DNA from: an uncultured Eisenbergiella sp.
GTDB taxonomy: Bacteria; Bacillota; Clostridia; Lachnospirales; Lachnospiraceae
Assembly (NCBI GenBank): GCA_947598825.1
Contig: CANQFM010000012.1
Location: 1,041-65,040 of the forward strand
Reading direction: 5' to 3'
DNA: 64,000 bases
This document shows, piece after piece, positions 56,484-64,000 of the stretch; within the stretch, counting starts at the first letter, position 1, and each line of letters starts with the position of its first letter. The position numbers were made by a program, and so were the translations under genes. The notes under the pieces were generated by a model. That model was given only the letters and a program-made list of their open reading frames with translations, searched no databases and was not told the origin of the DNA.

Positions 56484-57146
56484 ATGACAGGGCTGGAGTT
56501 GGATCATGTCGGGTTTACGTATCCAAAGGCCAAAAGGAGCGTTTTATCCGATGTCTGCGCGTTCTTTGCACCGGGTACGATCAGCGCCATCCGGGGCTAT
56601 TCCGGAGCGGGCAAAAGCACCCTGCTTTATCTCATTGCCGGGCTGGATGTCCCCACCCGGGGACAACTGCGCTGGAATGACCGGCCTGTCCTTACCGGCG
56701 ATCTGACGGAATACCGGCGCCGGGTGGTCAGCCTGATCGCGCAGTCCTATCTGCTCTTTCCCAACCGCACTGCGCTGGAAAATGTCTGTTATCCGTTGCT
56801 TTTGGCCGGAAAAAGCCGACAGGAGGCGGAAACGGAGGCCAGAGAGCATCTCCGGTCGGTTCGCCTGGGCGAGGAACTGTATCGCCGTCTGCCGGGCAGG
56901 CTTTCCGGCGGCGAGCAGCAGCGTGTGGCCATAGCCAGATGCCTTGCCAGCCATACCCCGTTGATTGCGGCGGACGAACCCACCGGAAATCTGGACGAGG
57001 AAAATGCCCGGGAGGTAATGGGAATCTTGCAAAAGCTGGCGGAGGAGGAGAAAAAGACAATCGTGATCGTGACCCATGACCGTATGATCGCGGATCTGGC
57101 CCAAAAACAATATATCCTTTCCCAGGGACAGCTTCTGACAGAGTAA
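56484..57146 (+). CDS. ABC transporter ATP-binding protein (LolD-type)
   Basis: [37 protein letters not shown]. Confidence 0.93.
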   Translation: MTGLELDHVGFTYPKAKRSVLSDVCAFFAPGTISAIRGYSGAGKSTLLYLIAGLDVPTRGQLRWNDRPVLTGDLTEYRRRVVSLIAQSYLLFPNRTALENVCYPLLLAGKSRQEAETEAREHLRSVRLGEELYRRLPGRLSGGEQQRVAIARCLASHTPLIAADEPTGNLDEENAREVMGILQKLAEEEKKTIVIVTHDRMIADLAQKQYILSQGQLLTE

Positions 57147-57161
57147 AGGTGGTGTTTGGTG

Positions 57162-58343
57162 ATGTTTTTGATTCGTATGTGCCGCCGTCCCCTGATCCCC
57201 CTGCTGCTTTTGACGGAGTTTATGCTGTCTGCCTGTTTCCTTTCGGTCAATGAGAAGACGATCCGGGAAAACCAGGCGTCCATTGAGCAACTGTACGATA
57301 CCGCTGTGGTAGAGTGCCGGGTGCTCCCGAAAACCGTTACCGGCGGGAGATTTGCCATTTCGCCTTTTTCTGCCCGGGCTCTTTGCCGGCAGGAAGCGGT
57401 GGACTCGTATTTTTGTGTGCTCAAAGATCCCTGTTATCTGACGCAGGACGGGCCGGAGGGGAATATGATTGTGGCCTGCGGCACCAACGATCTGGCCGTC
57501 TTTTGCCGGGAGATGTATGTGACGGTCACGCTGGATGAGGCATACCGGGATGTGGATTTTAAAGAGGATGCCGCCGTCTGCCTGTTGGATGAGGACATGG
57601 CGGAGGAACTGGGCTATCGGCCCGGAGAGACGATTTCCGTTATGGGAGGAGATGAGAACGGGCATTATACAGAAAAAGCTGCGCCCCAGGAACTGACGGT
57701 AATCGGAACTTATAAAAACGGCGGCAGTATGGTGGAAAAAGGAGCAATTCTTGTCCCGGAATCCCGTTTTTACACCAGAGGGGAAAAGCGGTTGACCTAC
57801 GATGCCGCCTCGCAAAACCGCTGGTACTACTATATCAAATTTTCGTTTACGCTCCATCCCGCCTATAACAGGGATCTGGAACGCGTGACGGCAGAATTGG
57901 AGGAAGCCGTGTCCCACCTGACCGGGCTGGATAAAGTGGAATACACGCTTTATGTCGGCAGTCGGGAACTGGAACAGGCGCTGCGTCCCTTGGAAAATAA
58001 AACGGCGCTGCAGCAGCGCCTGTCCCTGCCGATGCAGGCTGCTTTTTGTGTCCTTTCGGCAGCGTTGACGCTGCTGCTGGCCGCCGGCGAACGACAGGAG
58101 ATCCTGATTCGGAGACTGGGCGGAGAGAGTGGGACGCGCGTTTTGTTTTCCACCTGGGCGGCACTGAGCCTGCTGCTGTCGATTCTTGTCCTGCCGTCAC
58201 TGCTTGCGGCACAGCTTTTGTGGAAAGGGGCGCAGACTGTTTTCCTGCTAAAGAGCGCGGCGGTTTCTATGTTCTTGGGCGGCCTTTTGCTGCTGATTTT
58301 GTGCCGAAGAAAGCTCATCGCGCTTTATCAGCGGCAGGACTAA
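57162..58343 (+). CDS. Second FtsX/MacB-like permease
   Basis: N-terminal TM, VCLLDEDMAEELGYRPGE, ERQEILIRRLGGE, three C-terminal TMs. Confidence 0.78.
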   Translation: MFLIRMCRRPLIPLLLLTEFMLSACFLSVNEKTIRENQASIEQLYDTAVVECRVLPKTVTGGRFAISPFSARALCRQEAVDSYFCVLKDPCYLTQDGPEGNMIVACGTNDLAVFCREMYVTVTLDEAYRDVDFKEDAAVCLLDEDMAEELGYRPGETISVMGGDENGHYTEKAAPQELTVIGTYKNGGSMVEKGAILVPESRFYTRGEKRLTYDAASQNRWYYYIKFSFTLHPAYNRDLERVTAELEEAVSHLTGLDKVEYTLYVGSRELEQALRPLENKTALQQRLSLPMQAAFCVLSAALTLLLAAGERQEILIRRLGGESGTRVLFSTWAALSLLLSILVLPSLLAAQLLWKGAQTVFLLKSAAVSMFLGGLLLLILCRRKLIALYQRQD

Positions 58344-58367
58344 AGCGAAAGGTTCCGGGGAAAAGAA

Positions 58368-60197
58368 ATGGCGTGTCCAAAAAGAAATGGCGTCTTAAAC
58401 ATCAAAAGAATTGCGGAAACATTGGTATGGTGTCTGGCAATTGCTTGGAAAGCGTCACCGTTTTATACTGCTGTTCGTATTATGTCCGAAATGTTACGGC
58501 CTGTTTGGACGGTTTATGTTGCCCTGATAGGGAAAAGTATTTTAGATATTTTGGCCAGAGAAAAACCATGCGATAATCCGTATCGTCTGGTATTTATCCT
58601 GCTTTTTTCTCTTTTTGCCGTGTCTCTTGGCAATTTACTCACTTCAAAAGCGAGCCAATACTGTCAGGTTGTTTTAAATGATATGGTTCATAATGAAATG
58701 GCAACAATACTCATGTCAAGAGCATTAGAGAGCGATATTGAATTTTTTGACAATCCGAAATATTATGATATTATTACTTTGGCGAATCGCGATTCTCAGG
58801 CAGTTATTAATGTTTTATGGCAGATGTTGAATAGTATCGGGGCTATTGCCACATTGGGTATTGTTTTCTTTACTGTCAGTCAGAATAATCTTTTTTATGG
58901 AATCTGCATGATAATCGCCGCTTTTCCTGCATCCGTCATTTCTGCAAGGCAAACGAAGCGTCTGTATCGATTAAATCATGCACAGGTGAGTGAAGGCCGG
59001 AAAATGGATTATTGCCAGCGGCTTTCAATGGACAGAAGCTATGCACAATCTTTGCGATTGTTTGATGCGGGAACGATTCTGAAAGAAAAATACAAACGGA
59101 TTTGGGAAAATCTGTTTATTGAACGGCGAGGTATATTGAAAAAGTATGCCTTATTGACAACAATAGCAGAGTGTCTGCCTGAATTTGTATCCGCTGTTAT
59201 TGGCATAGATCTAGCGTTTGATACACTGTCTGGCACAGCATCTATTGGGGATTTTTCACTTTATACCGGTTTGTTACAGCAGTTGTGGTCGTCGATTAAT
59301 ATATTATCGTCTTCTGTAATGGTAATTTATGATAATCGTTTGAAGCTGGAAAATATCAAAGCGTTGCAGCGATTTCAGAATCACGTTATGGATTATGGCA
59401 CTCTTTGCCTAACAGAAATTGAAACTATTGAATTTGATTCTGTTACCTTTACATATCCGGGGGCTTCTGCCCCCACTTTGTCCGACATCAGCTTTTTCAT
59501 TGCTTATAAAGAACGTGTCGCACTTGTTGGATTGAACGGGGCCGGAAAAACAACGTTAGTTAAACTGTTGTTGCGAATGTATGATCCTGACTGCGGCTAT
59601 ATCAGGATCAATGGAATAGATATCAAAGAATATAAACTCAGTGAACTTAGGAGAAATTTCAGCGTATATTTTCAGTCAATGCCAAATTTCAGTTTTACAC
59701 TGCGAGAGAATTTTTCCATTTCTGATCCTTTCAGATATCATGATACTGAGCATATGTATACTGCTCTAGAAAAGGCATCCTGCCAGGACATACTCTGCAA
59801 AGCTGCCAAAGGTCTGGAAACCAGTGTAACCAAACTGTTTGATTCGGATGGTATAGAACTGTCGGGAGGACAGGCTCAGAAGCTGTCAGTAGCGCGGACC
59901 TTTTTTCGGACTCATTCTGTTTTGATTTTAGATGAACCTTCCTCTAGTTTAGATCCGGTGGCTGAAAGTGAAGTTTTAAATTCAATAAAGGAACTGACGG
60001 CGGGAGTGACTACATTATTCATTTCGCATCGGCTTTCTCATGTAACTATTGCAGAAAGAATTATTGTATTGGAGCAAGGACATATCATAGAGCAGGGAAC
60101 TTTGACAGATCTTCTCAATCTTTCAGGAAGGTTTGCCCAGATGTTCCAATGTCAGAAAAACAAGTATGAGATGGCGGATGTCACAAAGGCTGGCTAA
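58368..60197 (+). CDS. AT-rich ABC exporter (TMD + NBD fusion), peptide/RiPP-exporter-like
   Basis: Six-TM N-domain, GLNGAGKTT, ELSGGQAQKL, ILDEPSSSLD, ISHRLS. Codon usage is visibly more AT-rich than its neighbours. Confidence 0.9.
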   Translation: MACPKRNGVLNIKRIAETLVWCLAIAWKASPFYTAVRIMSEMLRPVWTVYVALIGKSILDILAREKPCDNPYRLVFILLFSLFAVSLGNLLTSKASQYCQVVLNDMVHNEMATILMSRALESDIEFFDNPKYYDIITLANRDSQAVINVLWQMLNSIGAIATLGIVFFTVSQNNLFYGICMIIAAFPASVISARQTKRLYRLNHAQVSEGRKMDYCQRLSMDRSYAQSLRLFDAGTILKEKYKRIWENLFIERRGILKKYALLTTIAECLPEFVSAVIGIDLAFDTLSGTASIGDFSLYTGLLQQLWSSINILSSSVMVIYDNRLKLENIKALQRFQNHVMDYGTLCLTEIETIEFDSVTFTYPGASAPTLSDISFFIAYKERVALVGLNGAGKTTLVKLLLRMYDPDCGYIRINGIDIKEYKLSELRRNFSVYFQSMPNFSFTLRENFSISDPFRYHDTEHMYTALEKASCQDILCKAAKGLETSVTKLFDSDGIELSGGQAQKLSVARTFFRTHSVLILDEPSSSLDPVAESEVLNSIKELTAGVTTLFISHRLSHVTIAERIIVLEQGHIIEQGTLTDLLNLSGRFAQMFQCQKNKYEMADVTKAG

Positions 60198-60432
60198 GGG
60201 CGTTGAATATCCAGAGCGGGGGGGGGAGAATTAGAATCTCTTATCGAAATGACTGCTTTTTCTAACTTCCATTTTTGTAATAGATTCCACTCTCCCCCTA
60301 TTATGAGTACATCCAGATACTGAATTTAGCAAGCATAGAAAACGGGAAATGTCAGGACGCCCCCTGGCATAGTCCTGTTCGATGAGCCATTTACGGGGTT
60401 TGAACCGGAAAATACAAAGCTGCTTCCAAAGC

Positions 60433-61089
60433 TCAATCTGTCCCGGCTTCCCGCCGACTCTTTTCCAAAACTTCGCGGCACATCCTGACCGGTTCCCCGG
60501 AGGCGATCCTGTCCTCGACGATCTGCCTGATGGCCGTACACCAGCGATACGTTGCGGGGATATCGGCGCACAGGTCTTTTAAAATCTGATCCCCTTCCGA
60601 CAGGGCCGCCTCGTATTGCTCCTTTGAAATATCGCCCGATAAGTAGGCGGCATCCAATTCATCACGGTCGTCAACTTTTATATCTCCCTCGGGAGTGAAG
60701 ATCACATCCAGATATTTATCGATATAAACGGCAATCCCGTATTCGTCATATTCGATCCCGTCCGTCACGTCCACATACCATATGGAGGGCTGATACCTGC
60801 CGTCTATGGAGGCAGGATACCGTTTTCTCTCTGCGTCATGTGTGCCGTCCGGAAAGTATTTGATCGTGATGACCCTGTTTGTATGATCCGGAACCAGCTC
60901 CAACCAGGTCATTCCGGCGCCGGTCACCTGGATCCTTCCCGCTTTCGGCGTGGCCCAATAATTGTTTTCCCCATCCGTCAGCCTGATCAGGCAGGCCAGC
61001 CCATGGAAACATTCCTCATCGATCCGCATCTGATAGTATGGATAATATTGAAATCCCCAGCCGTCCCTGTTCAGCCTTTTGTGCTTCAT
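60433..61089 (-). CDS. DUF402-family protein (FomD/Ntdp-like nucleotide phosphatase fold)
   Basis: WYVDVTDG, YIDKYLDVIF, DDRDELDAAY..GDIS..QY..A. Promoter TAGAAA-N17-TATAAT upstream on the minus strand. Confidence 0.8.
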   Translation of the reverse strand: MKHKRLNRDGWGFQYYPYYQMRIDEECFHGLACLIRLTDGENNYWATPKAGRIQVTGAGMTWLELVPDHTNRVITIKYFPDGTHDAERKRYPASIDGRYQPSIWYVDVTDGIEYDEYGIAVYIDKYLDVIFTPEGDIKVDDRDELDAAYLSGDISKEQYEAALSEGDQILKDLCADIPATYRWCTAIRQIVEDRIASGEPVRMCREVLEKSRREAGTD

Positions 61090-61337
61090 TCCATCTTCCT
61101 TTCGTTTGAAAAAAATTTCGTCCCTGTAGTTTTGCGATCCGCGTGATAAGGAAATTATACCATGCCCAAAAAATGTTTTCTACCATGGCCCGCCGTTATT
61201 TTGTTGCTTGTTGTCAGGAAATATGGAAGCCTTTCGTTTTAGGGTATGGAATTTTGGCGCGGAAAATGATATACTTATACAAATATTGGTTTGACGGCGG
61301 CGGGGAAATGCCGCCTGCAGCGGATACAGGAGCGGAT

Positions 61338-63389
61338 ATGAAGAAAAAAAGAATCAGACTGAAGGGAAGGCTGAGGATTTACATGCAGACCTCCCTTTAC
61401 CTGGGAGTCCTTTTGCTGATCGTAAATATGGGAATTTATTTTCTGGATATCAGGGCAGGCCTTTTGCTGTCCGGGTTCCTGGTTCTGTATTTTGGGCTGA
61501 TCCTTCTGCTGATGTTTTACAACCGTCCCGTCATTATCAATGAACTGGTGAGTTTCGCCACCCAGTACGGGCAGATCCAGAAGACGCTTTTGCGGGACAT
61601 GGTGATTCCCTATGCGCTGCTGGACGAGGACGGCAGGGTCATATGGAGCAACCTCGCTTTTCGGAGCGCGATCCACAGTGAAAAAGGCTTTTCCAAATCC
61701 ATTACCTATGTGTTTCCCACGATCACCAGGGACAAGCTCCCCCAGGGGGATCAGGAGGCGGAGATCGAGATCTCCTTTGAGGACAGCGAATATATTGCGC
61801 ATATTACCAGGGTTTCCCTGCGCGGCATGGCGGAGGACAGCGATATTATAGAGGATGAGGAGTATGACGGCTGCCTGTATGCGGTCTATCTCTACGATGA
61901 GACGGCTTTAAAGATCGCGCTGCGGGAGAACGATTCCCAATCCCTGGCAGTAGGGCTGATCTATCTGGACAATTACGAAGAGGCCCTGGCCAGCGTGGAA
62001 GAGGTGCGGCGCTCCCTGCTGACCGCACTGATCGACAGGAAGGTGAATAAATATGTTTCCGCCTTTGACGGGATCTGCCAGAAGATCGAGAAGGATAAAT
62101 ACCTGATCATACTGAAAAAAAGGGCCGTGATCCAGATGCAGGAGCAGCGGTTCGATCTGCTGGAGGACGTTAAGACGGTCAATATCGGCAATGAAATGGC
62201 GGTGACCATCAGCATCGGCATCGGGCTGGACGGCCTGGTCTATGCGCAGAACCATGAATTTGCCCGCACAGCCATCGACCTGGCCTTGGGAAGAGGCGGC
62301 GACCAGGCCGTGGTAAAGACGCCGGACCGCATCAATTACTATGGCGGGAAGAGCCAGCAGGTGGAGAAGAATACCCGCGTCAAGGCCCGCGTCAAGGCCC
62401 ATGCCCTGCGGGAGATCATCACCAGCAAGGATCATGTCCTGATCATGGGACATGCCAACGGGGATGTGGACAGCTTCGGCGCAGCCGTTGGTATTTATCG
62501 GATTTCCCGGACGCTGGAGCGGCGGGCACAGATCGTTTTGAACGACGTATCCACGTCCCTGCAGCCCCTGGTCGACCTGTTTCGGAATAACCCGGAGTAT
62601 GAAAGCGACATGCTGATCAACAGCGCCCAGGCGATCGAGAGCGCGGGGCCCAATACGGTCCTGGTGGTAGTGGATGTCAATAAGCCGTCCATTACGGAAT
62701 GCCCGGAGCTTTTGCGGATCTGCAAATCCATTGTGGTGCTGGATCACCACAGGGCGGGGACGGAGACGATCGAGAACGCCACGCTTTCCTATGTGGAGAC
62801 CTACGCCTCCTCGGCCTGCGAGATGGTTTCGGAGATCCTGCAGTATATCAGCGACGGGCTACGGATTCGGAGCGAGGAAGCGGACAGTATGTACGCCGGT
62901 ATGGTGATCGATACCAATAACTTTGTGTCCAAGACCGGTGTGCGCACCTTTGAAGCGGCGGCATTTTTGCGCAGGAATGGAGCGGATGTGACCCGGGTGC
63001 GCAAGCTTTTCCGCGAGAATGCGCTGGAATATAAGGCCAGGGCGGATGCGGTAAGCCGTGCGGAGATCTACCGGGGTTCCTATGCGATCTCGGAATGCCG
63101 GGGCGATGGCGTTTTAAGCCCTACCGTTTTAGGCGCGCAGGCGGCGAATGAACTGCTGAACATCCGGGGCGTGAAGGCCAGCTTTGTGCTGACGGATTAT
63201 CATGGGAAGATCTTTTTCTCTGCCAGATCCATAGACGAAGTCAACGTGCAGGTCATCATGGAGCGGATGGGCGGCGGCGGACATTTGAACATGGCGGGCT
63301 GTCAGATGGAGAACGCTACGATCGAAGAAGGAATAGCGGCGTTGAAACGCACATTGGATAAAATGATCGAGGAAGGTGAAATATCATGA
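61338..63389 (+). CDS. gdpP: Cyclic-di-AMP phosphodiesterase (2 TM, PAS, degenerate GGDEF, DHH/DHHA1)
   Basis: IYLDNYEE, TISIGIG, ALGRGGDQAV, GHANGDVDSFG, VLDHHR, SSACE, DTNNF..TG.RTF, GGGGHLNMAG. Directly upstream of rplI. Confidence 0.92.
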   Translation: MKKKRIRLKGRLRIYMQTSLYLGVLLLIVNMGIYFLDIRAGLLLSGFLVLYFGLILLLMFYNRPVIINELVSFATQYGQIQKTLLRDMVIPYALLDEDGRVIWSNLAFRSAIHSEKGFSKSITYVFPTITRDKLPQGDQEAEIEISFEDSEYIAHITRVSLRGMAEDSDIIEDEEYDGCLYAVYLYDETALKIALRENDSQSLAVGLIYLDNYEEALASVEEVRRSLLTALIDRKVNKYVSAFDGICQKIEKDKYLIILKKRAVIQMQEQRFDLLEDVKTVNIGNEMAVTISIGIGLDGLVYAQNHEFARTAIDLALGRGGDQAVVKTPDRINYYGGKSQQVEKNTRVKARVKAHALREIITSKDHVLIMGHANGDVDSFGAAVGIYRISRTLERRAQIVLNDVSTSLQPLVDLFRNNPEYESDMLINSAQAIESAGPNTVLVVVDVNKPSITECPELLRICKSIVVLDHHRAGTETIENATLSYVETYASSACEMVSEILQYISDGLRIRSEEADSMYAGMVIDTNNFVSKTGVRTFEAAAFLRRNGADVTRVRKLFRENALEYKARADAVSRAEIYRGSYAISECRGDGVLSPTVLGAQAANELLNIRGVKASFVLTDYHGKIFFSARSIDEVNVQVIMERMGGGGHLNMAGCQMENATIEEGIAALKRTLDKMIEEGEIS

Positions 63390-63832
63390 AGGTAATTTTA
63401 TTGGAAGACGTAAAGGCATTGGGGAAAAAGGGCCAGGTCGTAGAGATCAGCGACGGCTACGCCAAAAATTTTATCCTTAAGAAAAAAATGGGGGTCGAGG
63501 CCACCAACGCCAACATGAACGATCTGAAACTGCAGAAGGCGCGGGCGGAAAAGCTGGCAAAGGAGCAGTTGGAAGCGGCGGAGAAGCTGGCGGCCGCCCT
63601 GGAGGATAAGTCCGTCACCGTTGCGATCAGGGCCGGCAGCAATGGCAAAGCCTTCGGTTCCGTATCCAGCAAGGAGATCGCGGCTGCCTATAAGGAGCAG
63701 TGGGGTCTGGATATCGACAAGAAAAAGATCCAGCTTGCAGAGCCGATCAAGACCTTTGGGGTCCATGAGGTCGCAGTGAAGCTGCATCCTCAGGTGACAG
63801 GCAAACTCAAAGTGAAGGTACAGGAAGCATAA
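63386..63832 (+). CDS. rplI: 50S ribosomal protein L9
   Basis: MKVILLEDVKALGKKGQVVEISDGYAKNF, FGSVSSKEI, VKLHPQV. Confidence 0.98.
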   Translation: MKVILLEDVKALGKKGQVVEISDGYAKNFILKKKMGVEATNANMNDLKLQKARAEKLAKEQLEAAEKLAAALEDKSVTVAIRAGSNGKAFGSVSSKEIAAAYKEQWGLDIDKKKIQLAEPIKTFGVHEVAVKLHPQVTGKLKVKVQEA

Positions 63833-63850
63833 CCGGGAAGGAAACGGAAG

Positions 63851-64000
63851 ATGGCAGCAGAGGAGGCTATTTTAAAAAGGGTACTCCCGCATAGCATAGA
63901 GGCCGAACAGTCGGTGATCGGTTCCATGATCCTGGACCGGGAGGCCATTGTGATCGCATCGGAGCTTATTACGGAAGAGGATTTCTATAATAAGCAGTAT
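63851..64000 (+). CDS. dnaB: Replicative DNA helicase, 3'-truncated by the window edge
   Basis: PHSIEAEQSVIGSMIL..LITEEDFY, directly downstream of rplI. Confidence 0.92.
   Translation, partial: MAAEEAILKRVLPHSIEAEQSVIGSMILDREAIVIASELITEEDFYNKQY

Noticed and set aside
60218-60226. G9 homopolymer as a phase-variation switch
   Set aside because: It is intergenic, downstream of a stop codon and not within a recognisable promoter spacer.
47514-61337. Active ICE, IME or prophage
   Set aside because: No integrase, relaxase, conjugation or phage genes and no att duplication were recognised. Reported only as an accessory block.

Overview
GC-rich Bacillota (Lachnospiraceae-like, inferred from gene content) chromosomal window with three zones. 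(1) About 1-45,100: a long plant-glycan (rhamnogalacturonan-I/xylan/galactan) catabolic region. It has GH2, two GH43, GH28, GH78, GH3, PL11, a CE6/SGNH-phosphatase fusion, an alpha/beta esterase, two paralogous CE4-like deacetylases, an oligosaccharide ABC importer, a LacI regulator and a xylulokinase-DUF4867-isomerase trio. Housekeeping and accessory genes are interspersed (spmB, rpe, glgX, a bile-acid 12alpha-HSDH-like SDR, a membrane-anchored Mrr-type nuclease, an FtsX-type ABC system, DUF885, DUF5722). (2) About 45,100-47,500: cobB, DUF951 and the rpsF-ssb-rpsR operon, with three exact-period 70-bp double-hairpin repeats between ssb and rpsR whose pairing is preserved by compensatory changes. 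(3) About 47,500-61,300: an integrase-less, compositionally mosaic accessory block separating rpsR from gdpP-rplI-dnaB. It carries a decayed dinJ-yafQ pair and a 604-aa tandem (HTH-TPR)x2 Rgg/RRNPP-like regulator. It also has a convergent 62-aa secreted peptide gene with a perfect 44-bp palindrome where its -35 should be, an AT-rich secreted 130-aa protein heading an ABC module, and further ABC exporters. The best candidates for undescribed biology are the tandem-Rgg/peptide/palindrome circuit and the 70-bp GNA-triloop repeat array. All family calls come from recognised motifs and gene context; no database search was run. No rRNA, tRNA, CRISPR array, integrase or transposase was recognised.
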